A DNA stretch of 64,000 nt from Candidatus Parvarchaeota archaeon (GCA_017608505.1 JAFCFT010000003.1:234-64233), one strand, 5' to 3'. Positions 45,872-55,297 are shown, counted from the stretch's first letter. Program-made: numbers and translations. Notes: generated by a model from the sequence alone, not told the origin.

Positions 45872-47182
45872 GAGCATGCCAAGGCCAAGGAAAGTTATTA
45901 TAAGCCCTGCAGTTAAATGAAGATGCTTGACATTCTTGTCTTTCCATTTTTTAACATCTTTGGCTTTTGAAAGGCCAAAATAAACTGCAAAAGTTATTCC
46001 CACCATAGGGCTTATGAATAACATATTGTATATTATTAAGTAAGGAATTGAACTTAAAAGCTCAAAAGCGCTTAAAAGTCCGCTAGTAATGACATAAGGC
46101 CCTATAGTGCATGGAAGCAAGAACACAGTTATGAATAATCCAATTATAAATGCTCCTTTTGGGGATGTAACTTTGTTTATTAATTTTTTTGCAAAAGGCC
46201 TTAAACGCATAGGCATTTCAGTTGCAAAGCCTCCAGGTTTGTAATAAAAATAATCCTTTATTTGGAAAAAGCCAAGAATTAAAGCAACAAAGCCAAGCGC
46301 TTTATAAAGAAAAAGTCTAATGCTTGTCAATGCCTGCACTAATTGAAAAAATCTAATTAAAACTAAGCCATAAAAAAAATACATGATAAAAACAGCAAGT
46401 GAAAAATTAAATCCTGCTAAAAGAACATTTCTTTTCTTTTTGGGGTTGTATGTCACGATTGAAATAAGCACAAGAGCCAGCACTGCCAAAGCGCAAGGAT
46501 TTACTGCATCAACAAGAGCCAATGTAATTATCTTAAACAAAGTCAAGTCGCTTGCTTGGTAGTTTCCTGAACCTGCAATTTGAACTTTAACTGCGTTTTC
46601 GAATGAAATCGAACCTCCAGAAATAGGGAGGTCTTCAGGTTCTGCAAGCGAATATTCATCTCCAATTTCAGATAAAAGCTCGGGAGGAACTATTTTGTAA
46701 AATGATTCGTTGCCGTTCCATTCAAGCGTCCATAAATCATTTTCTTTAAACAAAACGCCGTTTTTAAACCAGATTTTAGGCTTTCCAGGAAGCGAACTTA
46801 TGTTAAGTTCTAAAAGACTTTGCGACCCATTTAAAAGCAGAAATTCGTTGTCAGAATTAGCATCCATATATGTTTCAATGCTTTGTATTATTGGCAGGTC
46901 GCCTATAAGATAACTTGTGTTCGAAAAGATTACAAGAGGTATTCCGCATCGCGCAAGGCCGAGCAGGTCGCAGTATTTGCTAAGCAAAGGCGCATTAATG
47001 TTTTCTTGATAAATTTCGTATTCAATAACAGTAAGATTTGGGTATTTATTAAACAAGTTGAAAACAATAGGGTCTGTTTTAGCGCAGTGAGGGCATCCAA
47101 TGCCTGTAAAATAGACAATAGACTGCGCGCATGCTGCGTTAAATATGCTAAATGCTAAAAACAAAAATAATGATTTTTTCAA
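45857..47182 (-). CDS. Secreted thioredoxin-like domain fused to a CcdA/DsbD-type membrane thiol-disulfide transporter
   Basis: Signal peptide MKKSLFLFLAFSIFNAACA, CPHC motif, then the TM domain with AVNPCALAVL and LLPCTIGPY. Confidence 0.8.
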   Translation of the reverse strand: MKKSLFLFLAFSIFNAACAQSIVYFTGIGCPHCAKTDPIVFNLFNKYPNLTVIEYEIYQENINAPLLSKYCDLLGLARCGIPLVIFSNTSYLIGDLPIIQSIETYMDANSDNEFLLLNGSQSLLELNISSLPGKPKIWFKNGVLFKENDLWTLEWNGNESFYKIVPPELLSEIGDEYSLAEPEDLPISGGSISFENAVKVQIAGSGNYQASDLTLFKIITLALVDAVNPCALAVLALVLISIVTYNPKKKRNVLLAGFNFSLAVFIMYFFYGLVLIRFFQLVQALTSIRLFLYKALGFVALILGFFQIKDYFYYKPGGFATEMPMRLRPFAKKLINKVTSPKGAFIIGLFITVFLLPCTIGPYVITSGLLSAFELLSSIPYLIIYNMLFISPMVGITFAVYFGLSKAKDVKKWKDKNVKHLHLTAGLIITFLGLGMLLGWF

Positions 47183-47188
47183 GGCAAC

Positions 47189-47467
47189 TCACTCCTTTAA
47201 AATTTTAATTGCTTTGCCATTAATTATTGCGTCAGCAATTTTTTTTCTTGCATTGCTTAAAATCCTGTTAAATGTTGGTTGGGAAATTTTCATTTTTTCT
47301 GCAGCTTCGTCCTGCTTTAAGCCAAGCAGATCGCACAATCTTAATGCTTCAACTTCATCCATTCTTAATTCAACCTCTTCAAGGGCTCTTATAGGTATGC
47401 CTGCAGGTTTGTAATATGTCACGCTTGGATTAAATAAAATTCTTCTGCATCTTAAAGGTCTAGGCAT
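47189..47467 (-). CDS. DUF134 (UPF0251) DNA-binding protein
   Basis: MPRPLRCRRI...YYKPAGIP...DEVEALRLCDL...ISQPTFNRIL. Confidence 0.8.
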   Translation of the reverse strand: MPRPLRCRRILFNPSVTYYKPAGIPIRALEEVELRMDEVEALRLCDLLGLKQDEAAEKMKISQPTFNRILSNARKKIADAIINGKAIKILKE

Positions 47468-47513
47468 GGGATAAAAAAAGAAATAAAAATTTAAAAAGGT
47501 TTTGAATAAAAAT

Positions 47514-47723
47514 TCATTTTTCTTCTTTTTCGCTTTTAAGTTCTTTTAATCTTTTTTCTATTTCTTGTTTGTATGCTTCAAGCATGCGTATTTCCTCTTC
47601 TTTGCTCAACATCAAATATGGGCGGAATCTAAACCATCTTCTAAATCCCATGCCGCACGGACCTCTGCCCCACCCAGTTCCAGGACCTAGACCAAGAGGG
47701 CCTGTACCATCTCCGAAAGGCAT
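47514..47723 (-). CDS. DUF5320 family protein
   Basis: MPFGDGTGPLGLGPGTGWGRGPCG... plus a C-terminal coiled coil. Commonly paired with DUF134. Confidence 0.7.
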   Translation of the reverse strand: MPFGDGTGPLGLGPGTGWGRGPCGMGFRRWFRFRPYLMLSKEEEIRMLEAYKQEIEKRLKELKSEKEEK

Positions 47724-47828
47724 ATTATCACCTCCTTTTATGAATTATTATTCATAATTCCTTTATAAATGTTTTGAATTATAATTCATAAGTAACTTTA
47801 AAAATAAACAAGATTTCCTTCAAAAAGC

Positions 47829-48293
47829 ATGATGATCTTTTGCGGGCATATAGGAGTTGCGCTAATAATAGCAGGGCTCCTAAAATTAGACCCTATAATA
47901 ACATTGATTGGGGCAGTGATTCCAGACCTTGATGCTTTAATGTTTTTAACAGGAAAACACTGGTATAAATTTCACAGAAAACTAACGCACTCGCTGTTAT
48001 TTCTGCTTGCGCCATTACCATTTGCAGGGGTTCCAAACATAATGATCCCTTTGTTTTTTGGAATATTGTCTCACTTGATAGTTGATTTCATATGGTATCC
48101 TGGATTAAGAATATTTTATCCGTTCAGCAACAAAAAATATTATATATTTGACTCTATATACTCAAAAGGGTTTAAAGAAGACACCCCAATAATAGCAATA
48201 AGAAATTGGTTTCACAGGCCAAAATGGTTTTTTGGAGAACTTACAATTTTAATTATCGGCGCAATAGTGTTTAGTTTGTTTTTCCAAAAGTAA
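47829..48293 (+). CDS. Membrane-bound metal-dependent hydrolase (DUF457/YdjM-like)
   Basis: GHIGVALII...PDLDAL...HRKLTHSLLF with TM helices. Confidence 0.6.
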   Translation: MMIFCGHIGVALIIAGLLKLDPIITLIGAVIPDLDALMFLTGKHWYKFHRKLTHSLLFLLAPLPFAGVPNIMIPLFFGILSHLIVDFIWYPGLRIFYPFSNKKYYIFDSIYSKGFKEDTPIIAIRNWFHRPKWFFGELTILIIGAIVFSLFFQK

Positions 48294-48924
48294 TTTTTAA
48301 CACTTCTAAGAAATTTTTCCAAATGCTTGTGAATTCGCTTCTGCGCATAACTCCAATTACATTTTGATATGTCCATTTGACACCAGTTTTTGCAACAGAT
48401 ATTGCCTTATCGCGTGCAAAAAAGAATAATAGGCCTGCAAACAAGCAAGCAAAAACTCCTGGAAGTGGCGCTTTGATGCGGTCCCATATAGTGACTTTAG
48501 GTTCTAAATGATTAAGTAAGTTCTTTCCATAAAGAACTTTTCCTTGGTTTTTTATGTCCCTCCATATAATACCTTTTGGAATCATTAATTTTGAAAGCAC
48601 GCCATGTTTGCAAAAGTTAAATTTCTTTTTGCGCCACTCATTTAAGCTAAATAAAAAAATGTTTCTTTTGTATCCAACGTTGTCCAAAAATTGAGAGAAT
48701 TTTTTTTCAATAAAATTGTGAGAAGACTCTACGAGTGAATCTTCTACTTCTTCCATTAATCTTATGATTTCTTTTGTCTTGTTTTTAACAACAACTATTA
48801 AATCAATGTCGCTGTCAGGCTGCCAGTCTCCCCTGCTTACGCTTCCAAAAACAATCATTGAAACTAAGTCGTTGCGCAGTAATGAAATTATTTCATCCTT
48901 CAAAGCTTTTAATTTCTCGTTCAT
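48271..48924 (-). CDS. Nucleotidyltransferase-domain protein
   Basis: VFGSVSRGDWQPDSDIDLIVVV (GS-x-RG...DxD). ATG at 48924 is preferred over the track start at 49065. Confidence 0.7.
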   Translation of the reverse strand: MNEKLKALKDEIISLLRNDLVSMIVFGSVSRGDWQPDSDIDLIVVVKNKTKEIIRLMEEVEDSLVESSHNFIEKKFSQFLDNVGYKRNIFLFSLNEWRKKKFNFCKHGVLSKLMIPKGIIWRDIKNQGKVLYGKNLLNHLEPKVTIWDRIKAPLPGVFACLFAGLLFFFARDKAISVAKTGVKWTYQNVIGVMRRSEFTSIWKNFLEVLKITFGKTN

Positions 48925-49021
48925 CAATATAAAAATGACTGCTTGCGTTTTTAAATTTTTACGCTTAAATATCACTTTTAATACAGAAAAAGCTTTAATA
49001 AGAATTATAATAAAAGTCTGT

Positions 49022-49774
49022 ATGATAAAAGCAAAAGCAATACTTGATTTTCTTGACACAATCATGAATTACGAAGAGGAATCCTTTTGGGATAATAGCG
49101 GTCTGCAACTGGGAAATTCAAACAATGGAGTTGGAAGATTAGGCGTGTGCTTTCACGCAGACAATTACACAATTAAAAAAGCAGTCAAATCAGAAGTAAA
49201 CATGCTTGTTACACATCACCCTTTGTTTCTTCCAAAAATAAGGCCTTTAGATAAAATAACGCAAAGCGATTATGAAAATATAAGGCTCCTTGTAAACAAT
49301 GATATTGTAGTAGCAAGCTACCACACGTGTTGGGACTGCGCAAATGGCGGCATAAGAGATACGTACTCAAAACTTCTTGGAATCAAAGAAATTTTCAAGA
49401 AATGCGGTTTAGTTATTGGGGACATAACGCCAGTTGACTTTAATGAGTTGCTCATGCAGATAAAAGAAAAATTTAAAGTCAAAAATGTGAGGCCCTATGG
49501 CATAAAAGAAGGAATAATTAAAAGAATAGGATTTGCAAATGGTTCAGGATTTAATCATGAAAACATAGAGACATGCATTGATTATGGAGTGCAGGCTTTT
49601 ATAAGCGGAGACGCAAAAGATGCAGTAATCAGGCAAGCAATCGATTCAGGAATTTTATGCATTGATGCAGGACACTATGGAACAGAGCATTTAGGCGTAA
49701 AAGAGCTTGCAAGGCAAATCAAGAAAAAATTCAAAAATCTTGAAGTGATATACATCGACTCAGAAGAGGTATGA
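49022..49774 (+). CDS. NIF3-family dinuclear metal-centre protein
   Basis: MIKAKAILDFLDTI...WDNSGLQLG...LVTHHPLF...ISGDAKD...DAGHYGTEH. ATG at 49022; the track start 48764 is antisense to the NTase gene. Confidence 0.75.
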   Translation: MIKAKAILDFLDTIMNYEEESFWDNSGLQLGNSNNGVGRLGVCFHADNYTIKKAVKSEVNMLVTHHPLFLPKIRPLDKITQSDYENIRLLVNNDIVVASYHTCWDCANGGIRDTYSKLLGIKEIFKKCGLVIGDITPVDFNELLMQIKEKFKVKNVRPYGIKEGIIKRIGFANGSGFNHENIETCIDYGVQAFISGDAKDAVIRQAIDSGILCIDAGHYGTEHLGVKELARQIKKKFKNLEVIYIDSEEV

Positions 49775-50565
49775 AAGATATCATAAGACTATTGAGAATG
49801 GCCCCGCATAACGCTGCATTGCTTGCAGCAGGCTCTGCAGTTTCTTACGCGCTCAATAAAGAGTTTGGATTATTTAAATTCATTTTTGGGCTTTTAATCT
49901 TTGTATTTGCATATAGCGCCGCATATATAATCAATGATCTGCATGACTTAGAGTATGACAAAAAACACAACATATTGCGCAAAAGAAATGCGCCCTTAGT
50001 AAAAGGAACAATAACAAAAAAGCAGGCAAAGATAGTGGCTTTTTTGTTAATTGTTGGAGGAATGACGGCTTCGATACTTGTTAATCACATGTTTGCAATA
50101 ACACTTGCCTTGCTTTTAACACTAAATGTCTTTTACACATATGAAAATAAAAAACATCCGAACATGATTCCTTACTGGCATACAATAAACACATATGTAA
50201 AATTCGTATGCGGATGGAGTTTAATTTGTGAAAGCATTAATATGTTTCCTTGGATGTTGTTCATTCCGCCAAGCATTGTTTATGGATATTACATGTTAGT
50301 TTACAAAAAACCGCTGATGAAAAGAAAAAATTATTCAAAAAATCAAAAAATACTGCTATTACTATTTTTCTTGTCTTTAATGCCTTTGATTATATCAAAA
50401 GGCGAATTATCTTTTAAGATGCTTCTTGCATTAAGCATTGCAGTTTTAGTATCAATTTTTGTATATGCATATGACAAAAAAAAGGGAGCAAATGCGTCTT
50501 ATATAAAAGCACAATATTTAATGGCGATGTTGATATGTCTTTTAAATTTAATAATAATAGCTTAA
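49771..50565 (+). CDS. UbiA-family prenyltransferase 1
   Basis: YIINDLHDLEYDKKH...RNAPLVKG (NDxxDxxxD plus a basic loop). Polytopic. Confidence 0.8.
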   Translation: MKDIIRLLRMAPHNAALLAAGSAVSYALNKEFGLFKFIFGLLIFVFAYSAAYIINDLHDLEYDKKHNILRKRNAPLVKGTITKKQAKIVAFLLIVGGMTASILVNHMFAITLALLLTLNVFYTYENKKHPNMIPYWHTINTYVKFVCGWSLICESINMFPWMLFIPPSIVYGYYMLVYKKPLMKRKNYSKNQKILLLLFFLSLMPLIISKGELSFKMLLALSIAVLVSIFVYAYDKKKGANASYIKAQYLMAMLICLLNLIIIA

Positions 50566-51608
50566 TGAAGGTAACGCTAGGGATTATATACTTTCTGCTG
50601 ATAATGCATTTTGGAGTTGACTATGCAGTTCACATAACAAACGCCCATTACTTTAATTACATGATTGCGCATGGATTCACATTATACAATCCTAATTTTA
50701 ATAGCGGAAAACAATATGTGTGGGCTTACGGAATATTTGCAAATTTAATTTCAGGGCTTTTTTACTTTGTTTTTGGAAAATTTACTGTAAAAATTTTAGA
50801 AATAGTGCTGTTTACAATAGTTGTCTTTGTTGCAAATAAGCATATAAGAAACAAACTAAGACTAACCTTCTTTTTGTTGTGCGCGTACATAATATTGCCA
50901 TACACTGGCGCGTATTTGTATCTTTTTAGCATGACTGTCTTTATTTTAGGATATTACAGTCGCAATAAAAAAACAAGCATAATAACTAAAATAATAGCAG
51001 GACTGAATCACGTGTTCTTCACTCTGTTTAATTTTTATTATTTTAGAAAAAATAAGAAATTGCTTGCATTAACAGCAATAATATTTGCTATTCAAGTAAT
51101 CAACATATGGCTCCATACGCAACCAGGAGACGAAGCTTTGTGGCTAAATGCAGGAGTGCTTGGAGCAAGAGCGTCCCTTAATGCATTGCTTGGAGTAAAG
51201 ACCAGCAAAAAGAAACTTGTGTATTTTGCAAGCGCTTGTTTTACTTTCTTTTATTTGTTGATAAACCTTCCAGGAGTGTTTGTGTATGCAATTAATATAA
51301 TTAATGAAAATTACTATGATTTGCCACATTTAAATGGGACAGCAAGATTTGCTTCATATAGTGAATGGAGCGGATTGTACGAAATGCAATTAAAAAACGT
51401 AACATTATCAACGCCACTCACGTACCATGAACAAACTCACCACTTTAAATCAGAGGAAGATTATCTTAGATTCTTGTCTGAAAAAAATGTTTCTTATGTA
51501 ATTTTAGATAAAAATATATTTGGCTCTTATGAGCACAAACTGCTTGAGAAAAACTTTAATAAATTAATAAAAAATGATAGATATATATTGTACGAGGTGA
51601 AATCTTGA
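50565..51608 (+). CDS. Polytopic membrane protein with C-terminal soluble domain (paralog A)
   Basis: TAATG junction with UbiA-1. Shares ILP(Y/F)TGAY(L/V)YL, G(L/I)NHV(F/Y)F, NGTAR and (V/I)SYVI blocks with the next gene. Confidence 0.5.
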   Translation: MKVTLGIIYFLLIMHFGVDYAVHITNAHYFNYMIAHGFTLYNPNFNSGKQYVWAYGIFANLISGLFYFVFGKFTVKILEIVLFTIVVFVANKHIRNKLRLTFFLLCAYIILPYTGAYLYLFSMTVFILGYYSRNKKTSIITKIIAGLNHVFFTLFNFYYFRKNKKLLALTAIIFAIQVINIWLHTQPGDEALWLNAGVLGARASLNALLGVKTSKKKLVYFASACFTFFYLLINLPGVFVYAINIINENYYDLPHLNGTARFASYSEWSGLYEMQLKNVTLSTPLTYHEQTHHFKSEEDYLRFLSEKNVSYVILDKNIFGSYEHKLLEKNFNKLIKNDRYILYEVKS

Positions 51609-52726
51609 ATAAAAAATTAATAGTTGTTGGGACTTTGCTGTGCGCATCAATACTCTTTTACATAGCTCCAGATCACCCAACTCATTTGCATAACGGATGG
51701 GTGTTTAACAAGATGCTAAAAACAGGGCAGTTCCATATATTTGACCCTTACACTGGTGGAGGCCATCAATTTTTGTGGAGCTATGGCGTGCCAGCGAACT
51801 TCATTGTGGCTGTCCTTTGGTTTGCATTTTCAGAATTCTCGCTAAACATAGCTGAAGCAGCAATATTTGCTGTATTTTTATTCTATTCAACAAAGATAAT
51901 AAAAGACGAAAAGAAGCTGGTTGTGTGGTGGCTCTTAACATATTTTATCCTTCCATTCACAGGAGCATACGTGTATTTATTGTCATTTACATTGTTTTTC
52001 ATTGGTTTTACAAAAAAGGGAAAACTTAAATCAGCGCTTCAGCTTCTTGCCGGCATTAATCATGTTTACTTTTCAATGATAAACCTGCTGTTTGTCTCAA
52101 GAAAAAGAAAGAATTTTTTCAATGCTCAAATAATAATATTGGCAATTCAACTAAGCATGATACTAATCTTAAGGCTTGGCGGAGGATATGCGGGGCTTAT
52201 GATTTTTGGCATTTTCTGGTTTAGACTGCTTGCAGTAGCATATCCATATGTATTCACTGAATGGATTAAGCTTAAGCCAAGCCTTATTAAAGTTAGAAGA
52301 CCTGGCAAATTAAACAAAGCATACAAAATAGGCGCAACAACAGGAATTGCAATATGTATGATAGTTTTCCCAATGATGTCAAACACAGAATTTACTGAGT
52401 ATAACTTTGATAAATTACCTATACATCCAGACAGCAATGGAACTGCCAGACTTGTTGATATAAACATAATTGGGGTCTATCAGCTTCCAAAACAAGGCCT
52501 TGTGTTATCTACATCGCAGTACTTTCATGAGCAAGAAAATTTGATTTTCAACAAGACAAAATATCTAGATATGCTTAAGAAATACAATATAAGCTATGTC
52601 ATTTACTGCGCAAACTGCATAATATCAAACATGAGCCAAGAAAAAAAGTTCTTAGAAGAAGAATTTAAAGCAATATACAGCGACAACGAATACATGGTGT
52701 TTGACACTAGAAACAGAAAGTCTTAA
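51605..52726 (+). CDS. Polytopic membrane protein with C-terminal soluble domain (paralog B)
   Basis: Paralog of 50565-51608, with the same conserved blocks. TTG start overlapping the upstream stop. Confidence 0.5.
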   Translation: MNKKLIVVGTLLCASILFYIAPDHPTHLHNGWVFNKMLKTGQFHIFDPYTGGGHQFLWSYGVPANFIVAVLWFAFSEFSLNIAEAAIFAVFLFYSTKIIKDEKKLVVWWLLTYFILPFTGAYVYLLSFTLFFIGFTKKGKLKSALQLLAGINHVYFSMINLLFVSRKRKNFFNAQIIILAIQLSMILILRLGGGYAGLMIFGIFWFRLLAVAYPYVFTEWIKLKPSLIKVRRPGKLNKAYKIGATTGIAICMIVFPMMSNTEFTEYNFDKLPIHPDSNGTARLVDINIIGVYQLPKQGLVLSTSQYFHEQENLIFNKTKYLDMLKKYNISYVIYCANCIISNMSQEKKFLEEEFKAIYSDNEYMVFDTRNRKS

Positions 52727-52757
52727 AAAATTACTGCTTTTTTCAAATATTCAAAGT

Positions 52758-52866
52758 GGGCCTGTAGCTCAGCTTGGTAGAGCGCTGGTCTTATATGATC
52801 CCGCTCTAGGACAACCAGAGGTCCCGAGTTCAAAACCCGCAAGGGATGAGTATCTCGGCAGGCCCA
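52758..52866 (+). tRNA. tRNA-Ile(UAU) with two introns (37/38 and T-loop)
   Basis: Manual fold: acceptor GGGCCTG/CAGGCCC, D arm GCTC-AGCTTGGTA-GAGC, anticodon stem CTGGT/ACCAG, loop CT-TAT-A (anticodon 52792-52794). Intron 1 is about 52796-52812 (17 nt). T stem CCGAG/CTCGG is interrupted in the loop by about 18 nt (52835-52852) containing a CCC-GCAA-GGG hairpin. Mature length 74 nt. Confidence 0.7.
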
Positions 52867-52880
52867 CTAAAATATTGCTG

Positions 52881-53633
52881 ATGCGTATGAATTACAATGA
52901 AAAAATATATGCAAGAGTGTTTAGCGAAGAAGAAGAATTCTACGATTCTTTAATGGAATACAAATACAAGACAATAATAGACATGATTGGCGCATCAAAG
53001 AAAATCCTTGATATTGGATGCGGCAACGGAAAACTTGGAGAACTGATAAAAAACGAATTAAAAGATGTTGAAGTTTATGGAGTAGACATCTCAAGCAATG
53101 CGCTAAAAGCTGCAAAAAAAAGAGGCTTAATAACAGTTAAGCAAAATGTGGACGGAAAAAAATTAAAATTTAAAGATAACACCTTTGATCTTGTCATTTG
53201 CGGCGATATAATAGAGCACGTGTACAACAATTTTTTTCTTTTAAAAGAAATTAAAAGAATCTTAAAAAAAGGTGGCAGATTAATAGTGTCTGTTCCAAAT
53301 GTCAACGCATGGTATAACAGATTCTTATCGCTAATTGGAAAAATGCCATGTTTTCTTGATTCAACAGAAGAAGATATTCAAGCAACTCCTTTTTTTAAAA
53401 ATGCTTTAGGCCACATAAGGGCGTTTAATAAAGACGCAATTATCAAACTGCTTTCAGAAGCAGGATTTAAAATTAAAAAAATAAAAGGAATTGGATTAAA
53501 TTTCAAAGTGAAGCACAATGCAATCGAACTTAAAGGATACAAAATATTTGCAACAATGCTTACAAAAGCAGATTCGCTCCTAAGCAAAAAAGCCTCAATA
53601 GCATCAACAATACTTGTGGAGGCAGAAAAATGA
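52881..53633 (+). CDS. Class I SAM-dependent methyltransferase
   Basis: ILDIGCGNGKLG (motif I), VYGVDIS, DLVICGDIIEHV, GGRLIVSVPN. ATG at 52881; the track start 52701 reads through the tRNA-Ile gene. Confidence 0.8.
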   Translation: MRMNYNEKIYARVFSEEEEFYDSLMEYKYKTIIDMIGASKKILDIGCGNGKLGELIKNELKDVEVYGVDISSNALKAAKKRGLITVKQNVDGKKLKFKDNTFDLVICGDIIEHVYNNFFLLKEIKRILKKGGRLIVSVPNVNAWYNRFLSLIGKMPCFLDSTEEDIQATPFFKNALGHIRAFNKDAIIKLLSEAGFKIKKIKGIGLNFKVKHNAIELKGYKIFATMLTKADSLLSKKASIASTILVEAEK

Positions 53634-54442
53634 CAAGCATTAAAGATTATGCAAAACTAATAAGACTAGACCACTCATTTGGAGTGCTATCGCTTTATGG
53701 ACTTGGCGTGGCGCTTGCTTTTAAATTATTAAATGCAGTGAACTTTAACGCGCTTCTTGGCGCATTGTCTCTTTTTTTTGCTTACGCAAGCGTTTATGTG
53801 TTTAATGACATAATGGATGTTGAAGAGGATAAAAAACATTACTCCAAATTTAAAAGAAATCGTCCGCTTCCAAGCGGAAGAATAAGTGTAAAAACAGCAA
53901 AAAAAGTATTTTTGGCAAACGCAGTTTTAGGATATATCACAGCATCTTTAGTTAACTTAACATTTTTGGCAGCCACTTTAATAATAACGCAAATCAATTA
54001 TATTTACTCAGCATTTAAAATTAAAAGACATTTCTTAGCTTCGATGTGCATTCTTGGACTTGTGCAAGGACTTAAAATAATGCTTGGCTGGATAAGCATC
54101 CAAGAATCATTATTTAAAATGCCAATAACGCTCGTTCTTTCAATATGTTTTGCTTACTTGTTCATTATGGGAATTTACAAAAAAGAACGTTACAAACATG
54201 TAAGACACTATAAAGCATTCCAAACAACAACTGGATTGCTTGCCATATTTGCATTTTTTACATCATTTACGTGCCAAGACTTGCGCAATTCTTTAGCATT
54301 CTTCACAATAACTTGCACGATTATAGGAATCTTCACATTCTTGCAAGTAAGAAAAAAAGACATTGACCAAAAGTTTGTTCCAAGCTTAATAATCATGCCT
54401 GCGCTCATAAATTTTTTATCTTTAAGCATAATTTTCTTATGA
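53630..54442 (+). CDS. UbiA-family prenyltransferase 2
   Basis: YVFNDIMDVEEDKKH...RNRPLPSGRIS. Polytopic. Paralogous to 49771-50565. Confidence 0.8.
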   Translation: MTSIKDYAKLIRLDHSFGVLSLYGLGVALAFKLLNAVNFNALLGALSLFFAYASVYVFNDIMDVEEDKKHYSKFKRNRPLPSGRISVKTAKKVFLANAVLGYITASLVNLTFLAATLIITQINYIYSAFKIKRHFLASMCILGLVQGLKIMLGWISIQESLFKMPITLVLSICFAYLFIMGIYKKERYKHVRHYKAFQTTTGLLAIFAFFTSFTCQDLRNSLAFFTITCTIIGIFTFLQVRKKDIDQKFVPSLIIMPALINFLSLSIIFL

Positions 54443-54481
54443 AAAGTTTTAAAAAAGAAAAACAAATACCTTAAAACAAAC

Positions 54482-54556
54482 GCTCCTGTAGTCTAGCTCG
54501 GTCAAGGATACTGGCCTTTCGAGCCAGGGACCCGGGTTCAAATCCCGGCAGGAGCA
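54482..54556 (+). tRNA. tRNA-Glu(UUC), intronless
   Basis: Acceptor GCTCCTG/CAGGAGC, anticodon stem CTGGC/GCCAG, loop CT-TTC-GA, T arm CCGGG-TTCAAAT-CCCGG. Confidence 0.9.
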
Positions 54557-54580
54557 TTTTAAAAAATTTAGTGAAGAAGT

Positions 54581-55297
54581 ATGCACATATACACAAAGTG
54601 GGTTATTTACGGGTTTATTGTGTCATTTTTTCCGCTTCTTTTTAATGGGCTATTTTTATATGCGTACTTTTTATTATTTCAAAATAATTTCTTATTTTAT
54701 TTCTTGCTTCCATTAAACATACTCATTAATGTGATAGCGTACTTAATAATGAGATGCGTTTTCGCGCACATAATAGTAAAAAAATATGGGTATCCAAAAG
54801 AAGGAGAATACAAGTATCCTTCAAAAGATACAGAGGCATGGTTTGCTAATTCGCTGCTTCTTGACCAGTTTTCTTATATTAGAACAATACTCAATGTCCC
54901 GCCGCAAGCAACTTTGTGGTTTTTCCGCAGGGCGTTTAATGCAAAAATAGGAAAGCTCAAATTATTTGGATACGGCGACATAATAGACCCTCACTTAATA
55001 GAAATTGGAGACGGAACAGTAATAGGACACAAATGCGTAATTGCAGCACATTTTATCGAAAGAAACAAAATCATATTCAAAAAAGTTAAAATTGGAAAAA
55101 ACTGCACTATTGGATGCAATTCTGTAATAAGCCCTGGCGCAAAAATTGGAGATAATACAATAATTGGAGCCCACAGCTTTGTGCCTAAAGGCGCCAAGCT
55201 TGACGCAAACAGCGTGTATGCAGGAACCCCTGTTAGAAAGCTAAAAACAAAAAGATTTAAAAAACAAGCGAATTTCCAAAAACCTAATGAAACGTAG
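54581..55297 (+). CDS. Membrane-anchored hexapeptide-repeat (LbH) acyltransferase
   Basis: Two or three N-terminal TM helices, then IEIGDGTVIGHKCVI...VKIGKNCTIGCNSVISPGAKIGDNTIIGAHSFV. Confidence 0.8.
   Translation: MHIYTKWVIYGFIVSFFPLLFNGLFLYAYFLLFQNNFLFYFLLPLNILINVIAYLIMRCVFAHIIVKKYGYPKEGEYKYPSKDTEAWFANSLLLDQFSYIRTILNVPPQATLWFFRRAFNAKIGKLKLFGYGDIIDPHLIEIGDGTVIGHKCVIAAHFIERNKIIFKKVKIGKNCTIGCNSVISPGAKIGDNTIIGAHSFVPKGAKLDANSVYAGTPVRKLKTKRFKKQANFQKPNET

Noticed and set aside
47145-47757. + strand ORFs 47145-47414 and 47569-47757, opposite DUF134 and DUF5320.
   Set aside because: Both are antisense to small genes with clear family signatures (MPRPxxCRR..., MPxGDGTGP...). No motifs of their own.
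52701-52880. N-terminal 60 codons of track ORF 52701-53633.
   Set aside because: They read straight through the tRNA-Ile gene (PVAQLGRALV is the translated D arm). The methyltransferase fold begins after ATG 52881.
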